A DNA stretch of 55,185 bases from Gracilinanus agilis (taxonomy: Eukaryota): the NCBI RefSeq assembly GCF_016433145.1, contig NC_058135.1, forward strand, positions 285,627,655-285,682,839, given 5' to 3'. The stretch's first letter is position 1. Every line of letters begins with the position of its first letter. Under the pieces are notes generated by a model, which was not told the origin of the DNA, did not search any database, and saw nothing but the letters and a program-made list of their open reading frames with translations. The position numbers and the translations under genes are program-made. This document shows positions 33,393-55,185 of this stretch, piece by piece.

Positions 33393-34810
33393 ATGGCTGC
33401 CATTCTGCCCCTTTCCCTGCCCCTCCAGGCCCGGATCCGCCTGGCCCAGGGGCTCTGGCTCTTCTCCTGGTTGCTGGCACTGGCTGGTGGCCTCACCCTA
33501 ATCTCTAGTGGCTACCTCCTCGTACAGCTGTGGCAGCTAAGTCCTTTCCTGGACCCCTCCTGCTCCTTTCCAGCCCTCCCCAAGACAGCTTTGGCGGCAG
33601 GGGCAGCTGCCCTAGGCATGGGGGTGGTGGGGGCTGGAGCCACCAGGGCATCCTTGGATGCGGCCCGATACCCCCCTTGGCGAGGGGTGCTGGGACCACT
33701 CCTGGTGGTTGGGACAGTTGGGGGTGGGGGTCTCCTGGTACTGGCCGTAGGTCTGGCCCTGGCATTGCCCAGGGGCCTGGACGCTGCCCTGGAGGACGGT
33801 CTAGGGGCAGCCTTGGCTCACTACAAGGATACAGAGGTGCCAGGGCACTGCAATGCTAAGCGGTTGATGGACGAGCTCCAGCTGGGGCACCACTGCTGCG
33901 GGCGGCACAGCTACAAGGACTGGTTCACTGTTCAGTGGATCAGTAACCGATATCTGGACCCCAATAACCAGGACATCATTGAGTAAGTGATCATCGGCTT
34001 CTAGGCCTTCTCTTTGGTCCCGCAGCCCTGCCCCTCTGTCTCCCACCCGCTTTGCCCCAGGCCTTCTCCCTTCCTCCCCAACAAAGGCTTGATCTTCCCG
34101 AGAACCAGCCTTTGGGGGTCCCTAGGCAGAAAGCCCCTCCTCTTCTTTGGCAGCCAGCTCCAGAGCAATGTGGAAGGACTCTATTTAATCGACGGGGTCC
34201 CTTTCTCCTGCTGTAATCCCAACGCCCCTCGGCCCTGCCTGCAGAACCAGCTCTCCAACCCCCAGGCCTATCCGCTCTCCGACCCTCGGCAGCGCAGCCT
34301 CAACCTCTGGGAACAGGGCTGCCACGGAGTGCTGCTGAGGCACCTTTGGGGGCTAGCCAGCACCCTGGGCACTGTGCTGGGCGTCACCTTGGTCCTGCAG
34401 GTGAGCAAAATCCCTTTTCCAGAGAGCTGGGCAGATCAGTCTGAGGGCTGCCAACTCTTGGGGTTTAAGAAACCTCACTATCTGGGGCAGAGGCTGGAGA
34501 GCCCCTGGCCCTCTTGGCACAAGCTGTGTTCAGCCCTCGAGCCTCTGAGGCATAGCAAACTCGAGCCTGACTTCTCTCCCTTTGCCCCTCGCAGGTGTTG
34601 GTGCTCCTGGGACTTCGCTACCTGCAGACGGCTTTAGAGGGCCTGGGGGGAGCCATAGACGGGGAGGGCGAGACCCAAGGCTATCTGTTCCCAGGGGGGT
34701 TCAGAGAGACGCTGAAAAGTGCTTTCCATCAGGGACTCTGTGCTCAGAGACCTGTGCCGGAGGAGGTTCCACCAGAGGCCCCAGCTGAGGAGGTCCCACC
34801 AGAAGCCTAG
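33393..34810 (+). CDS. ROM1: Rod outer segment membrane protein 1 (peripherin/ROM1 tetraspanin); 3 exons, 350 aa
   Basis: Exons 33393-33982, 34154-34400, 34595-34810 (1053 nt). MAAILPLSLPLQARIRLAQGLWL start; D2-loop cysteines GHCNAKR, HCCG, FSCCNP, RPC and QGC retained; LRYLQTALEG; acidic EEVPPEA C-terminal repeats. Confidence 0.97.
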
Positions 34811-35187
34811 CACCCTGCAGAAGGGAAGGGGGGAAAGGGGAGGCCAAAAGGAGGAGAGGCTTCCCCCTGCAGTGCCCATGCTGAGCCACATTGCTCCAGA
34901 GGGGAAGGAATAAGGGGCAACAGCAGAGTCTTGGGGAAAGTGAGGGAAGAAAGGAGGGGAACTAGATTAGGGGTGACAGCCAGAAAACAGGGGAGTTACC
35001 CAGAAGTAGCTAAAGATAGTCTAAGAAACCCAGCATCCACTTCAAAGCCCCCACCCCTGACACAGGTAGAAGAGGAGAGGGCCCATTCCTGGGGGGACCA
35101 GAAGGAGGTACTAAGGATAGGGAAGGGGAAGAGAGCCTGGCCAGTCACTTAGGGAGAAATGGCCAAAATCTTCATGAGGACAAAACC

Positions 35188-35193
35188 AATAAA
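35188..35193 (+). terminator. ROM1 polyadenylation signal AATAAA
   Basis: aataaa about 380 nt past the ROM1 stop. Confidence 0.65.
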
Positions 35194-35474
35194 CCTCAGA
35201 CACCTGAAGCTTTCCTTCCTGCCTACCTTTCTTTCTTTCTTTTTTGAGAAGGGAAAGAACTCTGCTCTCTCACAAAGGCAAGCAGGGCTTTCTCTCCCGT
35301 GTCTTTTCCTGGCTCAGTAGGGCCCTAATACCAAACTGAGCCCTGACCTGACTCAAAATGAATTCAGGCCCTGTGTCTCTTGGGTGTTGGCGGTAGAGGG
35401 GGAAAGCATGAGAGGAGCAGTGGGGAGGTGAGCGACACTGAGTGAAGGGCGGGGAAAAGTCACGATTGACATAC

Positions 35475-35480
35475 TTTATT
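35475..35480 (-). terminator. B3GAT3 polyadenylation signal AATAAA
   Basis: tttatt on the + strand, about 420 nt past the stop; convergent with the ROM1 3' end. Confidence 0.65.
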
Positions 35481-35897
35481 CTGGAGGTAGGAATGGGGGA
35501 ACATGCTCACTGTGGGGAGGGACCCATCAGCCCCCTTCTGATCAGGCCCTGAAATGCATGCCCATGCCCACTGAGAAACTAAACAGCACCGCTCATGGGG
35601 CAAATGTCCCTGTTCTTCCAGCTGAGTCCATCTGTCCTTGGATGTCTTCCCCACCCAGGGGCTGAGCTGGCACATGACCACTGTCCACTTGTCCTCTTGT
35701 CCTCTTTGGCAAGCTCTTCCTGGCAACAAAGTGGGGGGAGGGAGGAGCCCTGGGAATAGTCACTGTGTGGGGCTACCAGACCTATGGGGGTAGGCCCTGG
35801 CTCTGGAAGGTCCTTGGAAGATGAGAGAGCCAACTCTTCGAAGCATACCTACATCCCAGGGAGTCTCATCATCATGTGAGGTCAGCGGCAGCCCTGG

Positions 35898-38580
<2,683 letters not shown>

Positions 38581-39059
38581 GACCGGGGCTGAAGGCCCGA
38601 ATAGACGAGGCCGGGCTGGGAGGAAAGTGGGGAGAGAAGGGGCAGAGCTGGGGGGGGGAGCGGCCGGAGTAGCTGCCAATGGGGTCTGCGGGGGACTGAG
38701 GAGGCAGAATGTGGAGGGAAGGGGCAGAGCCGGCCCTGGCTGGGGGCTAGAGTAGAGGAAGAGAGGGCTAGGGAGGGGGACAAAGCCTAAGGGATCTGGG
38801 GGGGGGGCGCAGAATGGGGAGAGAAGGGGCAGTTGGGAGGATGGGCAAAGAGGCCGCCGCTGTTCACTGCAAGGGAGTGAGAAGGAGACAGAGTGGCCAC
38901 GGCTAGGATCTGAGGAGTAATAGGGGGAGGCAGAGCAGTAGCACAGAGATTTGACAGTAGGGCCCAGGGTCTCTGATTTCAACCCACCGACCTTACCCGC
39001 CACAGGGTCCGGGATGAGGGGTAGACACCTCCTCCTCCTGGCCTTTTTCTTTCCTGGCC

Positions 39060-39500
39060 GGTCCGCAGGTGCTCACTTCCGGTCACTTTCTCCACCCACC
39101 CCTAACTTCCGGTGCAAATATCTCCCTGGTCCCACCCCCTCAGATTTCCCGCGCCCCTCACTTCCGGAAACACCGGCACCCGCAACGTCACCTCCGGCCC
39201 GCGCACCTGACGTGGCTCCGAGCGCCGAGGAGCCACGCGGCCCGAAGAAGGTGCCTGGGACGGTCACGTGGGCCCTGCAGTGAGGGGCAGTCAGACCTTG
39301 GCTACATTGTACCCGATAGCCAGGTTAAACTTAAGCCCAGAAAAGGGAGGGGTTGGGCAGTCCTACCCCGGGTGCTCTAGGCCTTTCGAACCGGACCCGC
39401 CCCCACTCCTCCCCACCCCCGTTAGTCCCCTCAGCCGGAGGCCCAATTCGGAGGATGCTCGGCGAGCAGGCGCTGCTGCGTCCTGTGGCCCCGCCCCTTG
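39060..39500 (-). promoter_or_regulatory. B3GAT3 housekeeping-type promoter
   Basis: Three ETS/GABP sites acttccgg at 39075-39082, 39105-39112 and 39160-39167; CRE-like acgtca (39185-39190) and tgacgt (39208-39213); GC box near 39488. Confidence 0.65.
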
Positions 39501-39530
39501 CAATGACGCGCATTCCAAGTTTCGGTTCTT

Positions 39531-39536
39531 TTTATT
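39531..39536 (-). terminator. GANAB polyadenylation signal AATAAA
   Basis: tttatt on the + strand, about 870 nt past the stop; the first canonical hexamer I found downstream of the stop. Confidence 0.6.
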
Positions 39537-40408
39537 TTTCCGTTTATCAAAATCTGTCCCAGCTTGGGCTGTGGGGAAGTAAAAAACGTCCCCCAAGATG
39601 CCCCTTCCCCCGCTCCTCAGGGCTCAGAGCCCCCCACCATGGGCATACATGATCCATTGCCCCAGCCCCAGTTCTGCCAGCAATAAATACACGGGGCTGT
39701 GATTGGATGAGACGGGCTCGACGTCAGGCTTGTCTGTCCTAGTCCACCAGCCCACTGCCCTGCCCTGCCCTGCCCCAGAAGGGGGGCCTTTGGGGGCTGA
39801 TTCCCCCTGAGGGTGGAGGCTTCTCTGTCCCTCAAAGGGCAGAGGAGATGGGCTGCCCCTCCAGGAACTTCAGCAGCTCTGGCTAGAGGAGCTGGGAGGA
39901 GGGAGGGAGGGCCTCCCCAACAATCTTCACTCATCCCCCCACCAGGGTAGGGGGTGGGCCCAGTGTAACAGTGGGGGGAAAACTAGAAAGGCTGCTGAGG
40001 AGTCACCTGCAATTTCCTTCCCTCAGCCAGAGGAGAGGAACGAAAGGGGGAAAGGAGAAGTCGGGGTTACAGTGGGGATCAGCATCCTTGGGTCCAGATG
40101 CCTCCAACCAAGGCATTAAAGGGAAGAGTCTGGGGAGGAAGAGTTCAGGTCCCCTACTGTCTCCATCTGCAGTGGGAGAGGGGGGTACTACTCCCCTCAG
40201 GAAACTGGAGAAGGCCCTGGGATCCTAAAGAGGGGAAGGGTTGGGGGAGTAGAGGAGGGATTCCCAACTTGGGAAGCACCCTGGCCCTGCCCAGCCTATG
40301 GCCAGTGAATCCTTCAGGGAGCATCTGGGCCCTGCTGTGGTTGGAAAGGTGACTGGGGCAGAGGGAGGGGTTGTTCTGGACCACCCTTGAGCAGGGCTAA
40401 TCCTCAGG

Positions 40409-49137
<8,729 letters not shown>

Positions 49138-49482
49138 CTTGTGCCGGGTTTGATCCTTGACCCTGGCTCTCCCCTCCTCTCCCCCCCCCCCCCCGTCACG
49201 CAGGGACACGTGGCCCCGCTCCCCCTCCATCCCGAGAGCCCGATTGGCCGCCCGAGAGCAAGGAGCCGATCTAGCCTATGGGCGAAGTACGGCCAGTGAT
49301 GGATGGGGGCCGGGAGGCGGGAACAAAGAGTAGGCAGCCCTCGATTGGAGCGCTCTCAACCTGCTACGATGTCATTGGCCCATTTCCCTGTAGACACCCT
49401 CCCCGCTCCGTTCTCCCATCCCTGAGCCTCAGCTCCCCCTAGGACCAGGCACACTAATCGGGTCTTTCCAAACTAGGCAACC

Positions 49483-49488
49483 TTTATT
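49483..49488 (-). terminator. INTS5 polyadenylation signal AATAAA
   Basis: tttatt on the + strand, 74 nt past the stop codon. Confidence 0.75.
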
Positions 49489-49562
49489 AGTGCAGGAAGA
49501 AGAGTCGGGGTGTGATGGGGGCTGGAGCTGGCGCTCAAACTCGGGGCCAGGGCAGCTGGCCC

Positions 49563-52500
49563 TCATGTCCCCGGCCTCTGGGGCGCAGGCAAGGCCGAGG
49601 GGGGCCAGGCCTGGAAGCGGCCGGAGAAGAGCCCCAGGCGGTCAATGTTCCGGTGCAGGACACTGTGCAGCACCGCTAGGTGGGGGCCTCCGGCCCCACC
49701 ACCCTCCCTGGAGAAGTCCCTGGCAAAGCGGCCCCGCTCTGGCTGGAAGGCGAACTTCTGAGGCAGGGGGCCATGCTCTCGAAGGAAGCCCCAGACGCTG
49801 AGCAGCAGCAGCCGAACCTCGAAGGGGGCCAGCTGGCTGAACACCTCATGCATGTTGCCCAAGGTCGGGGGCAGCAGGCTCCCCTCGGCCATGACAGCCA
49901 CCAGAGTACAAGAGGCCTCCAGCTGCCAGGGTGACTGGGAGGTGTCCAGGTGGCGAGAGGCCTCCCAGTGACCCAGGAGGGCCGCCAGCAGCCCCCGAAG
50001 CAGGACCGAGCAGTAGCAGAGGGCTGGGGGCGCTGCAGCCACCAGCTTCAGCAGCTCGAAGAGCAGCGGGTGCTCCCTGAACCGGCGGCCGATGCGCAGG
50101 TCCCGCTCCACTGTGGTTCGGGCATGGTCCTCGGGGGGCCAGGCCAGCTCGGCCCCAGCAGCATCTGGGCACACGCTCTCTACCAAGGTCACTGCCACAG
50201 CTTTGGCTGCCTCAGGGCTCAGCGCCGGCGCCCCCCAGCAATCCAGGCTCTCGGTCCCTCCGGAGGCACTACAGCAGTGCACCAGAAGGCGAAGAAGGCT
50301 CTGCATGTTGTAGGTCACTTCCTGCGGACTCCGGGAATGGGCCGACCTGGGAGGTTTCAGCCCTCGGCCGATGACTCCAGCGTGAAACACCGACCAGACG
50401 CCTCCAGGGCCCGGCACTGCTGCAGTGTGCCGCCTGTTGGTCTCCAGCAGGTAGGCCGAGGCTGAAGTGGATGAGGCAGCTGGAACGTTCTCATTTCCCC
50501 CTTCTCCTTCACCCCCAAACAGCTCGGCATTGCCCCGGTGCAAAGCTCCCTCTACGAGAAGCTGCAGGACTGCTTTGAGGCCGGCTGGGGAGGCCTGAGA
50601 GAGCCTTGTGAGCAGGCGGGAAGCTGAGGAGACACCTGGGGGTCCATGAAGCCTCAGGGAAGCAAAGAACCGAGACACCCCAGCCCTCACCAAGCTCAGG
50701 AGCTGGGCAGGCAACAAGGCACCCTGAGGAAAGGGGCAGATGGCCAGCAGGGATGAAGCTGCCTCAGCCACTTCTTCCTCAGGGTGCAGCAGGAGTGGAG
50801 CCAAATCAGGAAGCTGGGCAGAGATGGCCTCGCCAACACGGGCCCCCAGGGCAGCGGGCCCTTCACCACCTTGCTGCTCCCACCCCACCAGCAGTGCCAA
50901 GTTCCGGAGTAGCCTGGCTGTGAAGGGAGGGAGCAGCGTCCCTGCGTGGACTCGAGCCAGACAACTGCACAAGGCCAAGGGCAACAAGCCAGAGAGACTG
51001 ACCACCAGCCCAGCAAAGAGCTGTGTAGCCAAGCTCAACTCTTCTGGGCTTCGGGCCCGGCTCAAGAGATGGCCCAAGGCCTCGGGTCCACAGCTGGGCC
51101 GAGTGTAGACAGACAGCAGGCCCAGGAGCTGATGTTGCCAAAGGAAACGCTTTCTCTCCAGCCTCAGGGTCTCCCCACATAGCTCCCCAACATGGCTCCG
51201 AAGGGCATCCAGAAAGGGCACAGGCCGGGGAGGTGGAGGAGGACCCAGCACCCCCTCACCAGGGGACCCTCCTCGATTGTGCACCAATTTCTGTAAATGC
51301 AACAGCAGCAGTTGGATGAGCCGATCGCAGGCCTCCCGGACAGCATCAGGCACAGCCAGGCCAGGGGGCGTGATGACTGAAGCTGGCATGGCCGTATCCA
51401 CCAGGAACTGGAGGAGCCGGTAGGCCCCAGCCCCAGAGGCCTGGCTCACCAAATGCACCGCCAGGCTCAGCATATTGTCCAGTTCCTCTCGGCCAAAGGC
51501 TTGCAGGTGCTGCTGAAGCTGGCTCAGGACCGAAGGCGGCTTCAGGCAGTCCACCAGCTCCCCAGAGACAGTTCCCAACAGGGCTGGCGACATGACTGCC
51601 AGCTGCAGCAAGAAGGGCACTGTGGCCTGCAGAGAGGGGTCACCCCCCCGCCCCCCCGAGCCTGCTGCCAAGCTCTCGTGGAACATTCTTAGGAGCTCTC
51701 GTCGGATGCTGTCCCCGTGGCGGGAGGCCAGGTGTCCAAGGATTCCCACAACAGAGGCAATCTTAGGCACACGCTTCTCTCCAGGGACAACTGGGCTTGA
51801 AGGGAAAGTGTCTGCTGAAGGGGTTGGAGTAGGACCACCTGTTCCCCCACTGCCCCCTCCAGCCCCACCATGGACACAAAAATCCTTGAGGCCACAAGAC
51901 AGGACACGAGAAATGATTGTGCCAGGGAAGGAGGAACCAATGTGGGCCACGACCCAGTCAAAATGTGGGGAATGCTGGACAGAAGTGTCCAAGAGGGCAT
52001 CCACGCAAGCATCAGGACAACTGCCAATGAGCGCAGACAGGCACTGCACATAAATGTCCATCAGGGTCCGAGTGGCCCGGCAACCCATCCACAGTTGTAG
52101 CAGCTCATTAAGGGAGCCAGTGGCATGGGGAACCCGCTGGTGGCGGCCAGAGTACTTGCTGCTCAGCTGTCCCATGAGGTCAATAGACCAGGCACTAACC
52201 ACCGGGGCCCAGGCCTTTGGGTTGGCCCGGATGAACTCAGATAGCACTTGCTGCACCTCCTGAACAACATCTTCCAGACCAGGGCCCCCGGAAGGCACGT
52301 GGGAAGGGAGTGGTGGGCGGAGATGTTGAGGGCCTGTGGTAGCACCATCGTCCAGCGTAGCTAGGTGGGCCCGGACGCTCTCATCAAAGACACCCCTTAG
52401 GTGGTCTAGAACAGCTGCCCGTGCTGGGGGCAAGGAGCGAAGCAGGAGGAGGCCACAGCGGGCATGGTCACGGGGTGACAGTTGATGTCCTAGGACAGGG

Positions 52501-54888
52501 TCAACGCCAGTTAGAAAGGCCTTTATCTCCTGAGCCAGCTCCTGGGCACTGTGAAGGAGAGAGAGAAAGAGAAGTCAGGCAGGTCTTCAATCCTAGTACT
52601 GACAGAGAGCCAGAAGGGGCCTACAGGAGCCTTCTGCCTCACTACAAATCCAAAGGAAAGTCCCTTGTAGCTTCTAAAAGCTGATCCATACCTGAACAGG
52701 AGCCAGACCTCCCTCCCTCTAGAACATCCCTAAGAAATGGTCATCCCACAGTGGTTACCTCCCCCAAGGCAGCCCGTTCGGCTTTGGGGCATTTAATTGT
52801 TAGCAAGCACTTCCTTGGATGAGCTGACATCTCCCTGTTACTGCTCCAGGTTCCTGCAAATACTTGAAAAGGGCCATTAGGGTCCTCCCTCCTTGACAAG
52901 CCAAGACTGCTGTTCTCCAGCCCTCTTCCTTCATTGATCCTTCCACTGAAGTTTTCAGTGCCCAGATCATGGCCAGGGGACATCTCTCCCAAAACTGTGA
53001 CTCCCAGCACTGAGCACAATCCTCCAGATGGCATCATGGAATTAGGAAATGACAGAATAGGAAGGGGCCATGGAGCTCCCTCAGAGTAGAGAAGAGGAAA
53101 CTGAAACCCCAATAAAAGGGGGATGCTTAAAATCACAGAGCTGTTTGATGGGAGACCTAAGCCTCCTTCCCCCTACACTGGGCTTCTGGGATCCCACTTA
53201 TCATGAAAGCTAATAAGGATTTAGGCCACCTGGTTAATTGACTTTGGACTACAAAGATGCCCAGACACCATCTTGTCCAATACCATCATTTTACAAATGA
53301 GGAAACAGGCTTGGAGAGGGGAAAGGACCTGCCCAAGGTCACACAGACAAGAGAGCAGATTTGAACCCACCACCCTTTTTTAACTCCAAATGCAGCAGGG
53401 GATTAGGCTACCCAGCTTTGCCTGGCCTTGGTGGTCTTTAAAGCCCCTTCAGCTCTCACTATATGAAGCTTATGATTCTCTGACCACAGATTGGGGGGAA
53501 CAGAAAGAGGGTGGAATATGACCTCAGAAGACCAGAGTTTAGGCCCCTCTCTGGCCTTGGTTTCCCCATCTGTTCAGTTCAAGGCCCTTGAATCCCTTCC
53601 TTCTCCATCCCTATCAGCAATATCAAGGGCACCCCTTTTTTTTTTAAACTCTTAACCTTCATCTTAGAATCAATACTGTGTATTGGTTCCAAGGCAGAAG
53701 AGGAGTGGTAAGGGTAGGCAATGGTGGTTAAGTGACTTGCCCAGGGCCACACAGCTGGGAAGTGATATCAACACTAGAATCAGTGGAAGATCCCTTGTCT
53801 ACACCCTCTATCCTCAATGACTCCATGCCCTCCCTTTCCAATCCCTAGGAATGTGGCTTGTCACTCCCCCCCCCCCAATTGAAACTGCTCTCTTCCTTGT
53901 TAAGTACAAAGTCTTTCTCCCCACCACCACCACCACCACCACCCCCATCTTCATCCTAGAATCCTCAACTGTTCCTAACCCTCCCCCCCCCCCAATCTCC
54001 CGTGACATCATTCTCTTCTGGTCCTCAGTCTGGTGGTGGCTGACAGTGTGCCAGGGCTCTCTCTCTTCTCTGGGTGCAGATGGTTGCAATGACCATCTCA
54101 ATGCTGGGGATTCTTAAATCTTTGCTTTCAGCCCTCACCCTCCTTGGACATCCTGTTGGCATCTCTTCTCTCTTGCTGCTCCCACCATTCCTCCAAACCA
54201 CTCAGGTTTCCTTCCAGCTGCCCAGGGTTACTGTCTCTTTCTTCTGCCTCACCCCTTGGCTAACTACTCTGGGTGAGGGGCATCTCTGGTATCCATCCCC
54301 TTCTCTCCCTTTTCCTCTAGCTCAGACTTTCCACTGGAGGTCCAAATCTGATTGGACCCCAGCCCATGAATCATGATACTCAACCACTCCAGATCCCTCC
54401 ATGGCTCCCCACTGCCTCTACTAGCATAAACTACTTTGTATTTAAAGCTCTTCCAACCCCTGCTCCCACTCCAGTGGCTGTGCTTTCATCTCTGCCCTCC
54501 GTGCTTTTGCACTGGCTGTGCCCAGCACCTGGGGCGCCATCCTTCCTCGACCTTCCCTAGAAATCCCAGGCTTGCCCAGGATGGGCAGTGCTCAGTCGTT
54601 TTTTTGTTTTTTTTTTGCTCACCCCAAGGCCCTTGGCCAAGACCCTCCTTCTCTCCCTCCCTCCCTCCGTCTGTTTGGGGGCCTGTTTCCAAAACTAGAG
54701 CCCAAGCTGGTCGCCCTCGTGTTTCCGGTGGGTCGCCCCCTCGCGGCCTCAGTTTCCCCATCTGTACAATGGGAAGGGCTCCTCGATCTCTGATTGCCGG
54801 CGCCCACGCACCTGAGCGGGGACGCGGGCCCATGGGCGGCGGGCGCGGGTGGGGCCGGGGGCCCAGCGGGGTCACATAGTGCCGACAT
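49563..54888 (-). CDS. INTS5: Integrator complex subunit 5; 2 exons, 1020 aa
   Basis: Exon 1 54812-54888 ([25 protein letters not shown], donor AG/gtgcgt). Exon 2 49563-52548 (acceptor cttcacag/[28 protein letters not shown]...) runs into the 956-aa ORF of the track. Total 3063 nt. Confidence 0.98.
53635..53765 (-). mobile_element. 5'-truncated marsupial SINE in the INTS5 intron
   Basis: ttttaaactcttaaccttcatcttagaatcaatactgtgtattggttccaaggcagaagag...gtgacttgcccagggccacacagctgggaagtg. Confidence 0.8.
53870..54560 (+). mobile_element. L2 fragments in the INTS5 intron
   Basis: attgaaactgctctc, gatggttgcaatgaccatctcaatgc, ccatggctccccactgcc and gcttttgcactggctgtgcccagcacctgg are L2 ORF2/3' signatures. 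Confidence 0.65.
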
Positions 54889-55185
54889 CCCGGGGCCGGA
54901 GCCGGCGGCGGCTAAGGCGGCTACGGCGGCGACCGGCGAGGTGGCGGGGGCGGGAGCGGCGAGGCGCGGACACGGCGCAAGCGCGCTGGGCGGGCGAGAG
55001 AGCGGCGGAACCAGCATGGAAGGTCGCGCGCAAAAGCGTCCGACGCCGCCTGACGCCTTAGAAGAAGCGTTCCGCTTGTCTCTCGGCCCCCGGGGAGGGG
55101 ACAAGAGCGAGGAGGCGGGGCCAAAAGAGGGAAAGTGAGCGTGGGGCGGGGCCAAGCTACGAAAGGTTCCATCCCCCTCTGAACC
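54700..55185 (-). promoter_or_regulatory. INTS5 CpG island / promoter
   Basis: Dense CpG around exon 1; GC boxes ggggcggggc at 55143-55152 and gaggcggggc near 55112. Confidence 0.7.

Noticed and set aside
49200-49250. Possible ER stress response element in the GANAB promoter
   Set aside because: CCAAT and CCACG are both present on the minus strand but 29 nt apart, not the 9 nt required for ERSE; no ATTGG-N-CCACG either.
49680-52263. Multiple plus-strand ORFs antisense to INTS5 exon 2, and similar ones antisense to TUT1 exon 9
   Set aside because: Expected shadow ORFs of GC-rich coding sequence; no independent promoter, splice or poly(A) evidence.
52686-52760. Strong-looking donor CAG/GTATGG in the INTS5 intron
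   Set aside because: No convincing partner acceptor or conserved frame; the two-exon model already gives a full-length protein.

Overview
This is a gene-dense, GC-rich vertebrate window. Didelphid-type SINE1_Mdo-like elements and marsupial-type L1 3' UTR fragments point to an opossum-like marsupial (inference). The block is syntenic with human 11q12.3. I rebuilt seven complete intron-containing genes by hand; every intron is GT-AG and every frame is open: TUT1 (-, 9 exons, 858 aa), MTA2 (-, 18 exons, 664 aa), EML3 (-, 22 exons, 911 aa), ROM1 (+, 3 exons, 350 aa), B3GAT3 (-, 5 exons, 335 aa), GANAB (-, 24 exons plus one 66-nt cassette exon, 941/963 aa) and INTS5 (-, 2 exons, 1020 aa). Identifications rest on similarity to human proteins as I recall them, not on a database search. 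The rest is CpG-island promoters, L1/L2/MIR/SINE relics and two non-autonomous hAT transposons with TIRs and 8-bp TSDs. I found no convincing new multi-gene system. The best leads are regulatory or structural: a strong-context out-of-frame ATG 7 nt before the ROM1 start, a U12-type intron in EML3, two hAT MITEs that may belong to horizontally transferred families, a chain of genes whose poly(A) signals sit at the next gene's promoter, a probable 5' UTR intron in B3GAT3, and an inverted SINE pair inside the EML3 pre-mRNA.
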